Origin: a virus
Virus record (IMG/VR): IMGVR_UViG_3300031772_000024
Location: 3,888-67,887 of that record
Length of the DNA stretch: 64,000 bases
Direction: 5' to 3' (one strand)
Shown here: positions 63,920 through 64,000 of the stretch, piece after piece
Layout: the number at the start of each line of letters is the position of its first letter
How positions within the stretch are numbered: position 1 is the stretch's first letter
Position numbers and translations under genes: made by a program
Notes under the pieces: model-generated
What the model was told of the DNA's origin: nothing
Seen by the model: the letters and a program-made list of their open reading frames with translations, nothing else
The model's database searches: none

Positions 63920-64000
63920 ATGCTCGACCCCCAGGTACTCGATGATCTGAAAGCTCGCTGCCTACAGGCCCAGTCCTTGGGTTTCGAGATTGCCCGCGCC
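63920..64000 (+). CDS. Start of next gene (partial)
   Basis: MLDPQVLDDLKARC..., open to the window end. Confidence 0.45.
   Translation, partial: MLDPQVLDDLKARCLQAQSLGFEIARA

Noticed and set aside
1-64000. tRNA, tmRNA, group I/II introns, DGR or retron elements
   Set aside because: I saw no cloverleaf/TTCGA-CCA pattern in intergenic gaps, no intron-split conserved genes and no reverse transcriptase. A covariance-model scan would be needed to exclude them.

Overview
This is a 64 kb segment of a large, GC-rich myovirus (jumbo-phage-like) genome read in the standard genetic code. I saw no tRNA, rRNA or CRISPR array. From left to right it holds: a frameshifted GIY-YIG endonuclease; a ~1420-aa tail sheath; small accessory genes (HNH, PLD-family lipoprotein, MqsA-like HTH, J-domain, pyrE); a head module (large putative inner-head protein, intein-containing prohead protease, Q-rich scaffold-like protein, decoration protein, HK97-type major capsid protein); a LAGLIDADG endonuclease; putative virion cargo and auxiliary genes (ART-like protein, ung, SpoU methyltransferase, PcfJ, coaE, CYTH, infA); a replication block (SNF2 helicase, loader-like protein, intein-containing DnaB, stand-alone primase Zn finger, family A DNA polymerase); a DUF2997/DUF1257/Ycf46-like AAA trio with a third intein; dTMP genes (deoxyribonucleotidase, thyA, folA); and a mixed tail end (nitrilase, histone-like peptide, M15 endolysin, two 2H phosphoesterases, nucleotidyltransferase, SLT-like protein). 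The strongest signals that gene labels do not explain are: (1) a (C)GGTGTA motif 10-11 nt before many SD-less start codons, a putative phage promoter for leaderless mRNAs; (2) a second YYTAT/CTTT motif before virion-type genes, twice followed by an RBS-enclosing hairpin; (3) a small non-structural protein carrying an ungapped 20/29-identical copy of a capsid-protein segment; and (4) a recurring 'RVxxR(Y/F)...[KR]xA(A/S)' peptide code on unrelated head and cargo proteins, suggesting capsid targeting and processing. All product calls come from motif recognition by eye and no database searches were run. A myxobacterial host is only a tentative inference.
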